Assembly: GCA_013239625.1 (NCBI GenBank)
Contig: MU054323.1
Location: 11,677,815 to 11,741,814, forward strand
Origin: Lama guanicoe
Lineage: Eukaryota
Direction: 5' to 3'
Length of the DNA: 64,000 nt
Positions 1 through 12,565 of the stretch are shown piece after piece. Every line of letters starts with the position of its first letter. The first letter of the stretch is position 1. Below the pieces are notes generated by a model. That model saw only the letters and a program-made list of their open reading frames with translations. It did no database searches and had not been told where the DNA came from. A program made the position numbers and the translations under genes.

Positions 1-1613
1 TTTGTCTCACTGTGCTGTGGCCAGGGTCAAGGCAGTCTGGGTGATGAAGTTGGGGTGTTCAGATCAGCGGCATGACTGCAGTGTGGAATACTTAAAACCT
101 AGGACAGAGAGTTGCCCTACTCACATCTACACCACTGACTTCAGGATAACGACATGTACCCTCCCAGGACTGCCCAGTGATTTGTAGATACATGCTGAGG
201 CCTCTGGGAAGGTTTTGTGATCCAGAGGCCCTAGAACCTGGAGCCTTGTACGTCAGAATGGCTGTAGACCAAGGGGGAAGGCAGTGGGCCTTCCAGGTAC
301 AGCCCAGACCCTCCACCCTCCAAGTCCACAGCTCCTGCAGAGTCATCACTTTCTTATGTGAAGGAGCAAAAAGACGATGCAGGGAGTTTGTAGGGGGTTC
401 CCGCTGACTCAGCACCCACGTAATGTCCCTGGTGATGAATGTCACACAGACCCAAATCCACTTTGAATTCCAGGCAGAGAGATGTGTAATTATTCCATCC
501 TCATTGGGGGCACTGTTACATTCTGATTTTCTTTCAACTTCAGATTAATAATTGAGAGCAAACTGCCCTCCCCACCCTCTGTACTCAGCTCCTTCCTTCT
601 GTCTTCTTAGCAACCCATCAGCAGTTTTACCAGCGCTCATAAGCCCCTGGTCCTTCGCCACAACCAACATCTACTTGACAAACCGTAGACAAGAATTCAG
701 GGGAGAGGGGACAACTTCCTTCCCAGGCACCGAATCACAGCTATTCACATGCCACTTGTCAGCCATCTGGTCAAGGTTCGGGCTTCCTTTAGAGCCTGGT
801 TTCTAGACAAAGGCAAATGGAGCACTAGGCACAGACTCCACTGAAGGCAGTGGGCCCCGTTCTCAGTGGAGCCTCATGTCCCGGGTACAGATATCCATTG
901 TCTACACAGCATTATCCACTCTACTTCTGGCCACACTGCAAAACATTGAGAACAAAGGGACTGGAGGGGACAGTGATGGGCAGAAAGAGACAGACATCCA
1001 GCTGTTGTTACTCCTAAGTCCACACATACAAATGTGGTGACATGGTTTTTCCTTCAATAACCTTTACATTCTCAGGGCCTCCTGGGCCAGAAAGCTCTAT
1101 TATTTTTTAATGAGTACATGGACTCAAGAAGAGACAATCTTACTGACCCACAAAGGACAGCCTTGAACCTGTGAGCAAAACTGTGTTTCACACCATCTGA
1201 GACAATCAAGATGGCACCCAGGCCCCTAACTTGAACACGCAGTGACCACCAGCCCACCGTGGTGGCCACGGGTCGTCTGATAGAGTGTCGTGGCAGTGCT
1301 CTGGACAGCTCCATAGGCCCTGTGGGAAGCATGGCCTCACGAGATCGCACCTGGGCCTGGGCTTAGCAAGCAGCCCCATTCAGGGGGAGAAGATGACTCT
1401 TCATCAGACTCGGAGCTCTTCTCAGGGGAGGCCATTTCTCTCATCTTGAGCCACTGAACCTGGAAAGGCTGAGGCTGAAAGAGAAAGTAGGAGGGACCCA
1501 CTGCTCCCGAGGGCCCAACACTGCGCTCCTCTAACAAACCTGCTGGCACGCAGCCTGAAGGGGAAGTAGGGCCTCTGCACGGGGCCTCATTAATCTTCAC
1601 AGAGGCCTGTGAG

Positions 1614-1866
1614 TGTAACTGTTTCTACTGCTGCTGGAATAAATCACCACACCAGCCTAGTGTTGGGCCCTCACCGGAGGGTCTCCCAAGGCCAAAAATC
1701 AAGATGTCAACAAGAGAGGGTTCCTTTCTGGGGGCTCAGAAGCTTTCAGGTTCATTCAGGTTGTTTGTAGAACCCAGTTCCTTGCCCTCACCGTCCCTCT
1801 TCCTCGCTGTCTGTAGGCCAGGAGCCTCTGCCACTTCCACGCTGCCCCCTCCATCCTCAAACCAGG
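1614..1866 (-). mobile_element. MaLR LTR fragment (MLT1 group), degraded
   Basis: Starts tgtaactgtttctactgctgctggaataaatcaccac, resembling the reverse complement of the MLT1 3' end. Also contains aatcaagatgtcaaca and ttcattcaggttgtttgtagaacccagttccttgc, typical of reverse MLT1. Subfamily not assigned. Confidence 0.6.
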
Positions 1867-4643
1867 TTTAGTGGGTGGAGGGTGGTAGGCACAGAAAGAA
1901 AAGCAGACAAATACATGAGAAGGCCCATCGTTGGAGTAGAGAGGAGAGTGGGGTGCTGAGGGGGTGGGCAGAGGGCAGGCAGGTCCTAGTCCTGGGGGAG
2001 GTGAGGGCGATCCAGAGCTGTGCCCTATGGCCATCCAGCACTTGGCCAGGTCTCCACAGGTGGCTGGATGCATCTGGGAAGTGCAGGAGGGGCTGGCAGT
2101 GCCTCTGGACTGAAGGCTGGGGAAGTGGGCAAGGCCAACGAGGCACCCAGCTGAGGAATGGGGGACTCGTCCCTAGGACAGGAAGGAGCCACCGGGAGCT
2201 GCCAGGCCCGGGAGGGTGGGAGAGACCTGTATTTCCAAGAGAGCACTTTGGCAGGAGTGTGGGGGATGGCTTAGAGGGGAGCAGACTTGAGATGGAGAAC
2301 CATTTCGGGGATGTAGAGAGGGATGGAAGTGAGTGAATGCTAAAGGGAGAGGATCTTCAAGACTTGGTGACTTGGGGGCCAGGGGTCCTCTTGCTGCACA
2401 CTGGAGTTGGGATCTCTTTATTCTAAAGTGAAGTCCCTCCACCCCTCAGCACCCTCTGTCCTGTGCAGCTGAAGCATCACTCTCCAAAGCCCTGATCCTC
2501 ACCTGCAGAACTGACACTGTCCACATGATATACCCACCACTGAAAACACTAAACAACAACAACAACAAAAATTCAGAATTGGCCTTCAAAATGCTGGAAG
2601 CTGGCTGTAGCATAATGGAACGTTGGAACTGGAGGAAACAGTGTTCCCTGTGAGAGCTGTCTGCAGTGCTTTTTTTTTGTGATTAAAAAAAATTTGTGGA
2701 TTGTCACACACCCCCAGGAGCCCCTCCCAACCTCCCTGTTCCAATCAGCACTTGTTAATGCCAAACGACCGGGAAGCCAACTAGAGGAGATGGCCCTTGG
2801 ATGTGAGATGTGTGTCAACATGGCTATAGAGAGAAGGTACTGGTGGACTGGACCAGAATGTGACATCATGAATAACAGTGTGGTGCCTGAATCCCCCTGG
2901 GCTGCTGCGGGGAAGAAGCACGTGCACTCTGCGTGGCTCAAGAGGGGAGAACGAGGCCTGAAGGATGGAAGCTGGGCTGGGACTTAGAAGAATTTTCTAA
3001 CCACTCGACATGAAAATTCTCAACGGCAGAATGTGCCGAACTGTGGAGCAGCAAACCCATCATCGTAAGCAGTGTTAGTTCAAGCAGAGAGTGGACGGCG
3101 CCTGTCTCTCCAAAGGGCTGCAGAAAAGGCTTCAACAGATGGGAGGAAATGTGAGAGTAGATCACGAAGGAAGATGCCCAGAAACAGAGAAATCTCATCC
3201 CCATTGAGGAAGTCAAGGGCATACCTGGCTCCAGGTTCTCCTGGGCCGGTACAGGCAGATTCCTCCTCAGACACACCAAAGACCCCCGTCGCATCCCTGG
3301 ACTGAGTCTCAGGGTTTTGTTCATGGGTGTTGGGGTTTTCTGCTCTGATTCCCGAGCTTCCAAGCCAGCCCCTGAATGGCAGGAGATGGACTTTTCTGAT
3401 GGATTTCCCTACACTGCCCAGTTTGGGAGAACAGATGCTGTGGGTCAGGCCAACAGTCATAAATTTCCAGGAAATAACTCTTAGCGACCGAGGAAGAAAG
3501 CCATAAAGCATCCCGGAGGCAGGGACAGACGAAAACAGTGGCAGAGGACAACGTATGGGATTACCACTAAATGCCGGGCAAGCCTCATGGATCATTCTCC
3601 TGGCCTGCCGGCTGCTCGGGGGGCCAGTCCAAATGCACTCCCTGGTGCCCAGTCCAAACGCGTTCCCTGGTGCCCAGAGATGGGAAGGGGCGCTGACACT
3701 CCGGACTCTTCCTCTTCTGTGGTTTACTCAACAGATACTGAAGTCTCCCTTGCAGCAGGCACCATACTGAGCACTGGAGACAGCCGGGAACAAAACAGAC
3801 CAAATCCCTGCCCTTGTGCAGCTTATATGTGAGTCATCTCTTAGGTCTCCCCTGCTGGACGGAGGGAGAGGTAACTAACACTGTGCCCATATGGTGCTGG
3901 AGTTTTGCAGACATCTGAATGGATTTCCACAGCAACCCCAAGCAGCATCCCCGAGTGATACTTTTAACACACGAGGAAGCTGGAGGGTAGGTCAGTGTCA
4001 CTGGTTAGATCGAGCAGGTCTCTGACTGTACTTTCTCCCATAGCTGCAAATGGCAGCCCAACACCACTGCGACCACACTGGGCCACCTGCTGGCACTGTT
4101 CTGGAACCTGTAATCCAGCCTCCCACCCCCACCGCTTTCTCTGCACTAAAAGATTAGGGTGAAACGCCCCTAGGGTTTCTGCAGCATTCACCCAGACTTC
4201 CTCATCAACCCAATGCAGGGCGATGTGGCTAGAGTCGCCAACATGTGATCCAGATGTTAACGGTGTTGCTGTCCATCCTCCTCCTCATCCTTTTTATCCC
4301 CAGTCTCCTTCCAACTCCAAATTCCCAAGTTTAGTACTCCTAACTGAAGCCTGCCTCTGGCCCTTGGACTTGGCGCCCCTCGTTGGTCTTCCTGACTTTT
4401 GCATCTCAACTTTCCCCTGATGGTCCCCCTGGGCGTGCTTCCCCGGTCCTCAGCATCCACTTGTCCCATGAAGAAATCCCCTCTTTACCTCTGCTCTCCC
4501 AGCAACCACTCCTCTGGCCCCACGTGGCCTTCCCCCAAAGGACTGACTTGCTCCGCATCTCCCTGACCCTCATCCCAGGCACATGTGGTCCAAGGACACA
4601 GAGACCCCCACCCCAGCCCCAGCTTGCAGAGACAGCAACTCAC

Positions 4644-4747
4644 CAAAGTTCTCTCCGCCCCAGATGTCCATGTCCGTGTCATATTTCCCCAGGTAGTCAA
4701 ACCAGAATTTGTCCATCACAAAGAGCCCTCCAGCTATGATTGGAGTC
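4644..4747 (-). CDS. GALNT14: GALNT14 coding exon 9 (104 nt, phase 2/1), Gal/GalNAc-T motif
   Basis: Acceptor ccaaatgcatag|G ACT CCA; donor TTT G|gtgagt. Translates [34 protein letters not shown], also visible inside ORF 4570..4755. Confidence 0.97.
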
Positions 4748-5212
4748 CTATGCATTTGGAAGGCAAAGAGGGGAATCAGTCATGGGAGGGGGACCGTGGT
4801 CACGTTCTTCTGCACTGGTGGTCCAGACCTCAAGGCTATATTCTTCCTATTTCTGCTCTTCTTCATAAAGATCAATACATTGTCCACTTACCTCAAGTAG
4901 GAACTCACCCCAGGGCTTTCCCCTTTGATTATAAATCTCCTGACCTTGAAGACGGGCTGATTTGCTCATCAGCACATCTCCCCTGGGGGGCTGGGATTTG
5001 CTCAGAACCCCGGCTGTTCTGAGGGCCTGGGTAGCCTCCCCCGGCCTCTCTCATAGGCCCTGCCCAGTGGGGCTCTCCTGGGAGCCTCCCTATTGGCAGC
5101 GGGGACAGTCGGCCACTGACCAGGCAGAGAAGAGGGGCTGAGGTAGCACCTGTGAACAGCACATCCATTTCTTGAGACTTGCCTTTCTCTTTTTTGCCCC
5201 TCTTTCCCCCTC

Positions 5213-5600
5213 TGCTAGATATTGAGTTATGCCCCCAGAAAAATGTGTTGAGGTCCTAACCCCAGGAACTCAGAACATGACCTTATTTGGAGAGGTCTTT
5301 ACAGAGGTGATCAAGTTAAAATGAGGTCATTAGGGTGGGTCCTAAACCAATAGGACTGGTGTCACAGGGGACACAGGCACAGAGATAGACATGCACAGAG
5401 AGAAGATGATGGGAAGAGACACAGAGAAGACGGCCATCTGCCAGCCAAGCGAGCAGCCTGGCACAGCCCTCGGAAGGGACAACCCTGCCGACACCTCGAT
5501 CTTGGGCCTTCAGCCTCCAGAACATGAGACCAGATGTCTCTGTGGTATAAGCCACGCAGTCTGTCCTACTTTGTGGCAGCAGCGCTAGTAAAGGAACACA
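5213..5600 (+). mobile_element. Solo MaLR LTR (MLT1B-like), near full length
   Basis: TG...CA termini; gttgaggtcctaacccc, gaccttatttggaga, aagttaaaatgaggtcattagggtggg, cagcctccagaacatgaga and taagccacgcagtctgt match MLT1A/B blocks. Possible 5-bp TSD ccctc/gcctc. Confidence 0.85.
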
Positions 5601-6625
5601 GCCTCATCTTCACTTTCTTTTCCTGGGGTCTCATCTCAACTTGCTCTCCCCTTGACTGCCGAGAAAGAGTCAGAGAAGCCACTTGGAAAGGAAAGGTTGG
5701 GGGAGTCCAGCCAAATGACCTGATAAGCACAAGGACATGTATCTGGAAGAATCAATGGCTGGGGTTGGGGCGTGAGCCTTCAGGGACCTGGCCTGTTGTT
5801 CAGTGGGTCCAGGGGGTTAAAAGAGTTTTCTGCAACGTCAAACTGTTAGTTGAAGGGGAGAAGGTCAGAAGCTCAGCCTCCTGATGCCACGACACCCTAC
5901 TGTCCCTTGAGAATTGGCCCAATTCTGGCAAACACTTGTTCTCTGATGAGGAGAGATATTCCCAGAAGAGAACCTGCCCTGAGGACCCCGCCCTGGGGAC
6001 AGAGAAGCCCTCAGATAGTCCCGAACTCCGGGTGGCCAACTTGCCACACGTGCTGCAGGTCACAGTGGGGACTGAGCGCGAGAATGTAGATCAGGACAAA
6101 GCCACCTACAGCATCGCCAGAGCAGCCCAGTGATTGATGCCCCTGCCACGTTCTCGCACAGGACCCAGCAGTCATGTTTGTTAGGATGTAGCAGTGGCTA
6201 TGCCTTGACACTGGCCTCCACTTACAGCAATGCTTGACTCAACCTTCCTGGGCTGAATCCTGACATTCAAGACCTGGGGGTTAAGGGACCACCTTTTCCC
6301 TTGTCAGAGGCTCAAACGGGACCAACTGGGACCCTCCAACACCTAGCAGGAAGCATAAGTACATCACGGCATGTGCATGGGTGGACAAGGCTGGGCATCT
6401 CCTCAGCACACATCTCCGCCAGGCCCCACTCCCTTCAGCAGAAGTCTCTACAAGGACAGAAACCTCCTAAAATAAGGGCAAAAGTGGTGCTGGCCTGAAA
6501 AAGGGTCCTCTTGGTTTCTGCCCAATATTCTGAGCATCTAATGTGGACTGCTTCCCTATACTATGTGACAGTGGGAAGGGCCAGGTGGTAATGAATCTGC
6601 CCACCCTACCCTTGCCTTGACTTAC

Positions 6626-6710
6626 CTAATGGGCTCGGTGGGGTCCAGGCGCCGTGCCTTCTGCTCTGGTGTGAGCTGCTCCCATTGGAAGTGGAGGCTC
6701 CAGTCAAACC
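6626..6710 (-). CDS. GALNT14: GALNT14 coding exon 8 (85 nt, phase 1/2)
   Basis: Acceptor tgtgttttag|GG TTT; donor ATT AG|gtaagt. Translates [27 protein letters not shown](R). Confidence 0.96.
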
Positions 6711-7457
6711 CTAAAACACAGCGTCCACTCTGCTGATTCTTTGATATATCTATAGAACTTGCTCATTCTGGCCCTTCATCAGAAGTTCATGAATATACCT
6801 AGTTTCCCAGGTGGTCCCAGGGATAACAGGTCTCACCTGGGCTGATCAGTAACAGAGCTGCCTAATTTCCCTTTCACAGCTTCCTTCTCTTTCTCTACCT
6901 CCTACTGCCTCTCTGAGCCCTCTCTGCTGGGGTGGGGCAGTTAGGGAATGAGGGCAGAGGATGAAGAGTCAGGGTTGATAGAACCCACGGGTGGGGCCCA
7001 AGGGGGACACGATGGACAGTTATGGAGTGTGGCCCTAGGACAGCAGTCTCAGGAGGGGTGTAAGCAGGAGGTGTGTGAGTGGCATCACTTCTAATCAATC
7101 TTGGGGAAGCAGTACTCAGTCCTGGGAAAAGCTGTGGGGGCCACATAGAAGAGGGTGGTGCCCTCTGATGGGGCGCTGGAACAATTCAGGCCCCACACAG
7201 CCAGGGGGTCCTTGCCTCCCTCACACCCTTCCACCCTGAAGGGAGCCCTGTGATGGAGCCAGAGCTCTGTGTGCTCGTCTGGCCCTTCCAATCACAGTGC
7301 CCGTGGTAAGGGCCACACTGGAGCTACTGACATCACAGGTTGCAGGGCTGGATGTCCCAGACAAACCACTAAGAGGCTTTGCTCACTTTCCCCCTTGGCA
7401 GCAACAAGTAGGAGAAAAAGAAAGTCCTTCCTGGGCGGGTGCCTTAGCCCCACTCAC

Positions 7458-7545
7458 CCCCTCTGAGCTCTGTGGCCGACTCGATGTAGTTGAAAGTGTC
7501 CAGGTGGATGATATCGATCACAGGGCACACCACCCGTGTGTAGTC
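7458..7545 (-). CDS. GALNT14: GALNT14 coding exon 7 (88 nt, phase 0/1)
   Basis: Acceptor cttttgttttctag|GAC TAC; donor GGG G|gtgagt. Translates [29 protein letters not shown](G). Confidence 0.96.
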
Positions 7546-8439
7546 CTAGAAAACAAAAGGCTCACACACTCAGTTGGTGGTGCCAAGGAACCAGACAGGG
7601 AACCAGGGGACTTGGTAGGGCCTCACCCTGGGAGGGCCGGAGATCAGTTTCAGGACCCTGACCAAGCATTTTCCTCTCTGGACCTCAATGTTCTCATCTG
7701 TAAAATGGGGCAGTGGACACTGTTACCTTTCTAGTTATGATGCCCCCAATGCAAGAGCCTTTCCCTAACTCTCGGGAGCCTCTCACAGCCATCTAAGCAT
7801 GACAGAGACGCAGGGAGGCTGGTTGGAGCATGGTTCACACCAAACAGAGGGACGTCAGGAAGAAGGAAGCTCTAGGAGTCCTTCCCTAACATGGGGCTCT
7901 CAGGAGGCAGAAGACATGGTTAGTGGGAAAGTGGCCTCCAGCCTGCAGCTCCAAGAAGCAAAGCCACAGCCCCGTAGTGGGAACCTCTTGGAATTTCCCA
8001 AGACTTTCCTTCTTGGCTTGCAGTTCACGCGCAAGTTGATGAATAGCATCTCCAGAGATCCCCAACTTCCATTTCCTCCTGCAATACTAAGATCTGTCCC
8101 TCCAGCCTTGACTTCGTTCCTCACTTCTAGACTCAGATGGGTCCAGGATGCCGCCAGCTACCTCCATGTGGATTTCACACAGCCTTTCAGTGGTGCCTTC
8201 ACCACCGTCTCCCTGCACATGCTCCTTTCCCTTGGTTCCCTATTTCTGTCAACAGAACCATCACACATCCCTCTTCTTTCCCAGCACTAACTTAAGAAGC
8301 TTCACCTCTGCCCATCAACTTGATCAATCCTGCCGACTATAACTCTACAACTGCCCTTCTGTACAGATTCTGCCTCTCCCTCACGCCCCTCCCCTGGAGT
8401 ATACCACCATGGACTCCTAGCCCCTCCCCTCCTCATCTC

Positions 8440-8610
8440 ACCCTTTCCCCTCTCATTCTACAGATGGCTGACATCAAATCTTATTCTGTAGCTCAACAAC
8501 TAAAAACTTGAAATGCCTTAAAGAGAAGGTTCAAACTCCTCAAGCCTGGCATCTGAGACCATCAAAAACAGGCCTGGACCTAACTTTCCAGCCTCACAAC
8601 TTGCTGTTTC
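8440..8610 (+). mobile_element. L2 LINE fragment
   Basis: gttcaaactcctcaagcctggcatctgagacc...cctaactttccagcctcac resembles the L2 3' region. Boundaries approximate. Confidence 0.5.
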
Positions 8611-9380
8611 CTCCAGGCTACCCTATCTGTAACCATCAAATTCATCCAGGAGATGGTTGCAAAATCTGCAAGACAAATTCTTAGGTGCCATCAAGGCATG
8701 GCATCTATTTTTAAAAAGTTCCTTAATTCTGAGTGAACACTCCTGTCCTGTCCCAGCTGCAGGAGGGGAGACTGGGCCCCCGCGGGCAGTATAAATGAGC
8801 TGTGACTGACCATGAAGACCTGGTAGCCGAATGGGAGTCCAGCAGCTGGGGAGAGTCAGCAGTTCTGGGCCAAGCAGGCAGGACCACTTTTCCACTCCTC
8901 CGCACCTAGCACCCTCACTCAGCACGGGCGGGAACTTCTGTTTCTCCTTGAAACCATTTAATTTCCTGGTTCAATCTCTTCCCCCAATGAGGCTGTCTTC
9001 TTCTTTTAAGCTCAGATTCACCGAGTGCCTGCCTTTACGTTCACAGACTTAATGTGGCCCTCAGCCTCCACGTGCGACTCATCCTGACAGTGACAAGGTG
9101 CTTCTGAAGCTAACTGGCTCCCGTGGAAGGAAATGCTCATTTTCAATGCATTGCTCTCCCTCCTGGGTGGGCACAGATGCTTCCTGCACAGTCAGCGCAG
9201 CACCTGCCCAGCCACCACATGCTCGGGGGCCACTGTCATCGTGGGTCTGAGTGTATTACACACTGAGTGCACACATAGCCACCCGCCATCCACACCAATA
9301 CCAACACAGAGATGCACCCAAAGACATCCTCCTAACTTGAATTCTGAAATGTTCTAGAAGTTCAGAGGCTGACCTTCCTC

Positions 9381-10031
9381 TGTAGGCCTGACAAAATCCC
9401 CTTTTTGCATTTGTCTGCTGAGTTTTGGGGCCTCTGCAGCTTCACTGAGTCCTGTACAGTCAAGGATTAACCTTGCCCACAGATACATCTGACCCTTGCC
9501 CAACTCCTGGGAGGTAACTTCTAAGTCCTTGGCATGTTCTGCCTATAAAAGTGTCTCTGTTTACCTGGGAGCCTGAGGCTATACCAGACAGTATATGCCA
9601 ACAATGAGATTTATGGTAAGGGCCCTGGGCCATGTGGTACCAATGCAACTTGACCTCTGGCCATCAACTTGATCAAAGAGCATGGAGACCATGGCAGTTA
9701 TCTGCCATGTCTGTGTGACTGATCTCCAATAAAAACCCTGGACACCAAGGCTGGGCTGGGCTTCCCTGTTTGGCAACACTCTGTGAGTGTCGCCACACGT
9801 CCTGGCTGGAAGAAGCGCGTGCTGCCTGCACGCACGCCTGCCAGCACTGGAAGGGGACAACTGGACAATCATGCCTGGAACTTTCCCCCCGGCATCCTTT
9901 CCCACTGCTGATTTTAATCCAGATCTTTTCATTGTAATAAACAGTAGCCATGTGTGAGCATCTTTGCTAAGTTCTGGTCCTTCTAGTGAATTACTGAAAC
10001 TGAGGGTGGTCTTGGGGACCCCTAACCTGCA
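9381..10031 (+). mobile_element. Solo ERVL-class LTR, MER77/MER21 group
   Basis: Begins TGTAGGCCTG and ends ...ggtcttggggacccctaacctgCA. Internal blocks ctcctgggaggtaacttctaagtccttgg, ccaataaaaaccctggacaccaaggct, ggcttccctgtttggcaacact and polyA signal gtaataaac are characteristic of MER21C/MER77. Confidence 0.8.
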
Positions 10032-11009
10032 ATCCTTTTCTTTTTTTTAAGTCTTTCCTCAATATTTGGAAACCAAAATACAAGATAAAATGCTGGTTGG
10101 TTACTTGGGCCACAGGTTTCCTAAGAAGGCACCCATGGGCTCTGCCTCCTGAGCTGCGGCAGGCTCTGGGGTACCTTCCTGTAAGTCCTCAGGGTGTCTG
10201 TCCTTCTGTTATTTACATCACAACTCGGTTGTGGCATCTGCTTGGCTCAGAGACATGGAGGCCAGAAAGGCAGTGTGGGATGTTTGGGACTAAGTGGAGT
10301 CAAGAAGGGGCTGCAGGAGACTTTCGACATGACCCATCAAAGCCAGGATATGAACCTCTCTAAGTGACCCTGGGGGTCAGATCTGCTCCACTTTCTCTGC
10401 CCTCAACCCCAGGCCAGAGCCTGCTGGGCAGCAGGTGGTCGTTCGGCTACAAGAGGGCAGCTACCGACTCTTCTGAGGACACTATCAATGGCTGCAGTAA
10501 AGAGATAGATCGATTACAGCTGAGCAAGAAGGCCTCTCCTCCTATAGGCTCAGGGATGAATGGACTCTCCAGAGAGATACCCAGACCCACTGCAGGTCCC
10601 CACTTCTGTGCCCCAGTGGCTATGTCTTCAAGGCTAGATCCACAGATAGGCTCCAGTGGGCACCTGGTGGAATCCCTGGTAGATTCAGAACAATTTGTCC
10701 CCTTCCCCTACACAAATCCAAGCCCATGCCTCAGCACCGCTAGTGAGAGCCAATGGCAGGACATCAGTCACCCGTCCAGTCATACCTCTCTCCTCTCTCC
10801 ACGGAAACCACATTGTGAATGGACAATAAAAATCTTCTAGAGACAATCATTCACTCACTTCATCAACCAGCATTCCTGAGGACCTATTATGGTTTAGGGA
10901 TTGTGGTTGATACAAAGATGAGGAAGACCTTGCTCTCTAGGAGAATAGAGGATGACAGTGTGGCATCTCTGATTGCCTGGAGGAGGGGTGGGGCACAAGA
11001 GAGGGGCCA

Positions 11010-11200
11010 GAGACCAGGTTCCCATTCTGGTTCTGCCATCTGGAATGCATACAACCTCAAGAAAACTCTGTTTCTTCATCTATGAAGCAAAGACAAATTA
11101 TTATTTGCAAAACAATCCCACCTTCCTAACAGGGCTTTTGTTAGGACCAAGAGAGGAAAACACGTGAAAGGGCTTTGAAGCATATGTAAGCCATTATTTT
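11010..11200 (+). mobile_element. MIR SINE
   Basis: ggttcccattctggttctgccatc...ctgtttcttcatctatgaag...cagggcttttgttaggacc...gtgaaagggctttg follows the MIR core. Confidence 0.6.
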
Positions 11201-11957
11201 TATCAATTTACCAAATTCTACAGGGACTGAAATTTCTTAAAATCTTTTTTCCTACTAAAGGAATATGTAGCTAAGGAGAGGGGAGAAAGGAGCCTCTGTT
11301 TAAAAAGCCCCCAACAACTCGGTGCTTGTTTCAAGTCGCATCATGAAATTGAAGGGAAGGGAGGGAAATCAGTGAGATTTTCCACATGGAGAACACCAGC
11401 TAAGGACAGCTTCTGGCAGCTCCAGCCCAGTTTCCTTCTTATCTCTTTCTATTTTTGAAAATCCTAAACTCCAATCACAGCTGAAAATTTCCACTTCCAC
11501 TCACAAGATCAAATCACATTTTACTCTGAAACGAGACACATACAAAAACACGTGGAAACAGGCTGACACGTGCCCATGCTCCCTGTCCTGAAGGCGATGT
11601 CTCAGCAGGACCTTTTCATTATCCAGAGTCGGGGTCTGATGAATCTCTCTGCCGGGGCAGAACAGGACCATAGTCCTGGGTTTGTCTGATCAATCCTCTG
11701 CTATGAAAGCTTTAGGTCAGACAGTGGTGGGGACTGGGAGCTTGGCTTGGGGTTGCTGAGCTCAATCTTGGGGCCACAAGGCTCATACAGGATGATCACT
11801 GTGTACTGAAGCTGACCAGGGATGCACAAGCAGGCATTTTTCAAGGAGGGCTTCTGAGATAGACTCAGCCATGGGGATGGAAGGGAACTCCAGGTTCATT
11901 AAGGCTGCTGCAGGAAAGCATCTTGAAGGGACACGTCAGCCTGGAGGTCCACATAGG

Positions 11958-12150
11958 TCAAACACTGAATTTCCATACGACCCAGCAGTTCCGCTCCTCA
12001 GTATAAACCCTGAAGAACTGAAAGCAGGTACTCAGAGGAAAACTTGTACACAAATGTTTGCAGCAAAAATATTCACAAAAACTGTAAAAAGGCAGACCCA
12101 AATGTCCATCTGAGGATGAGTGAATGAACAAAAGGTGGTACACACAGTGA
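11958..12150 (+). mobile_element. Old L1 (L1MB/L1MC-like) ORF2 3' fragment
   Basis: Translates as ...EFPYDPAVPLLSINPEELKAGTQRKTCTQMFAAKIFT, a degenerate L1 ORF2 C-terminus (LPYDPAIPLLGIYP...CT.MF.A.LF). Confidence 0.85.
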
Positions 12151-12565
12151 TGTTGTGATATAATAAGAAATATATACTTGGCTTTTGTTCCTTCTAAAAC
12201 CCTTGGAATTCCCTGAGTGATGGGGTGACAGGAGCATCTGTTCTTAATCATGATGAGCCTCTTTCACGATGTCTGAGTTTATACTAATGAGCTGACTCTT
12301 AGAGGATGGGGGCTGGTTACCGGAGGAACAAAATGTGTGATTAAAGGGTTGGAAATTTCAGCCCTGCCCCAACCCTGCCCATTTCCTTCCCTACTCGCCT
12401 GCCACCCCCAGGGAGAGGAGAGGTACTGAAGACTGAGTTCAACCACCAATGGCCAATGATTTAATCAATCTTGCCTACATAAAGAAGGCTCCATAAAACC
12501 CCTAAACAGCAAGGTTTGAAGAGCTTCGAGGTTGGGGAGCCCAGGAGGGTGTGAATGCCCTTCAC
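12151..12565 (+). mobile_element. MER21-like ERVL LTR, 3'-truncated
   Basis: Starts TGTTGTGATATAATAAGAAATATA. Contains ctaaaacccttggaatt, aggatgggggctggttacc, caccaatggccaatgatttaatcaatc and ctccataaaaccc blocks typical of the MER21 family. Confidence 0.8.

Noticed and set aside
2550-2571. (AAC)n / A-rich tract as a retrocopy tail
   Set aside because: Short simple repeat with no TSD or recognisable upstream retroposed body.
2900-2930. GKKHV peptide resembling the exon 10 RKKHP motif
   Set aside because: Wrong strand and no surrounding EISFRVWMCGG/CSRVGHVF sequence. Exon 10 was not found in 1-4643 and presumably lies beyond the left edge.
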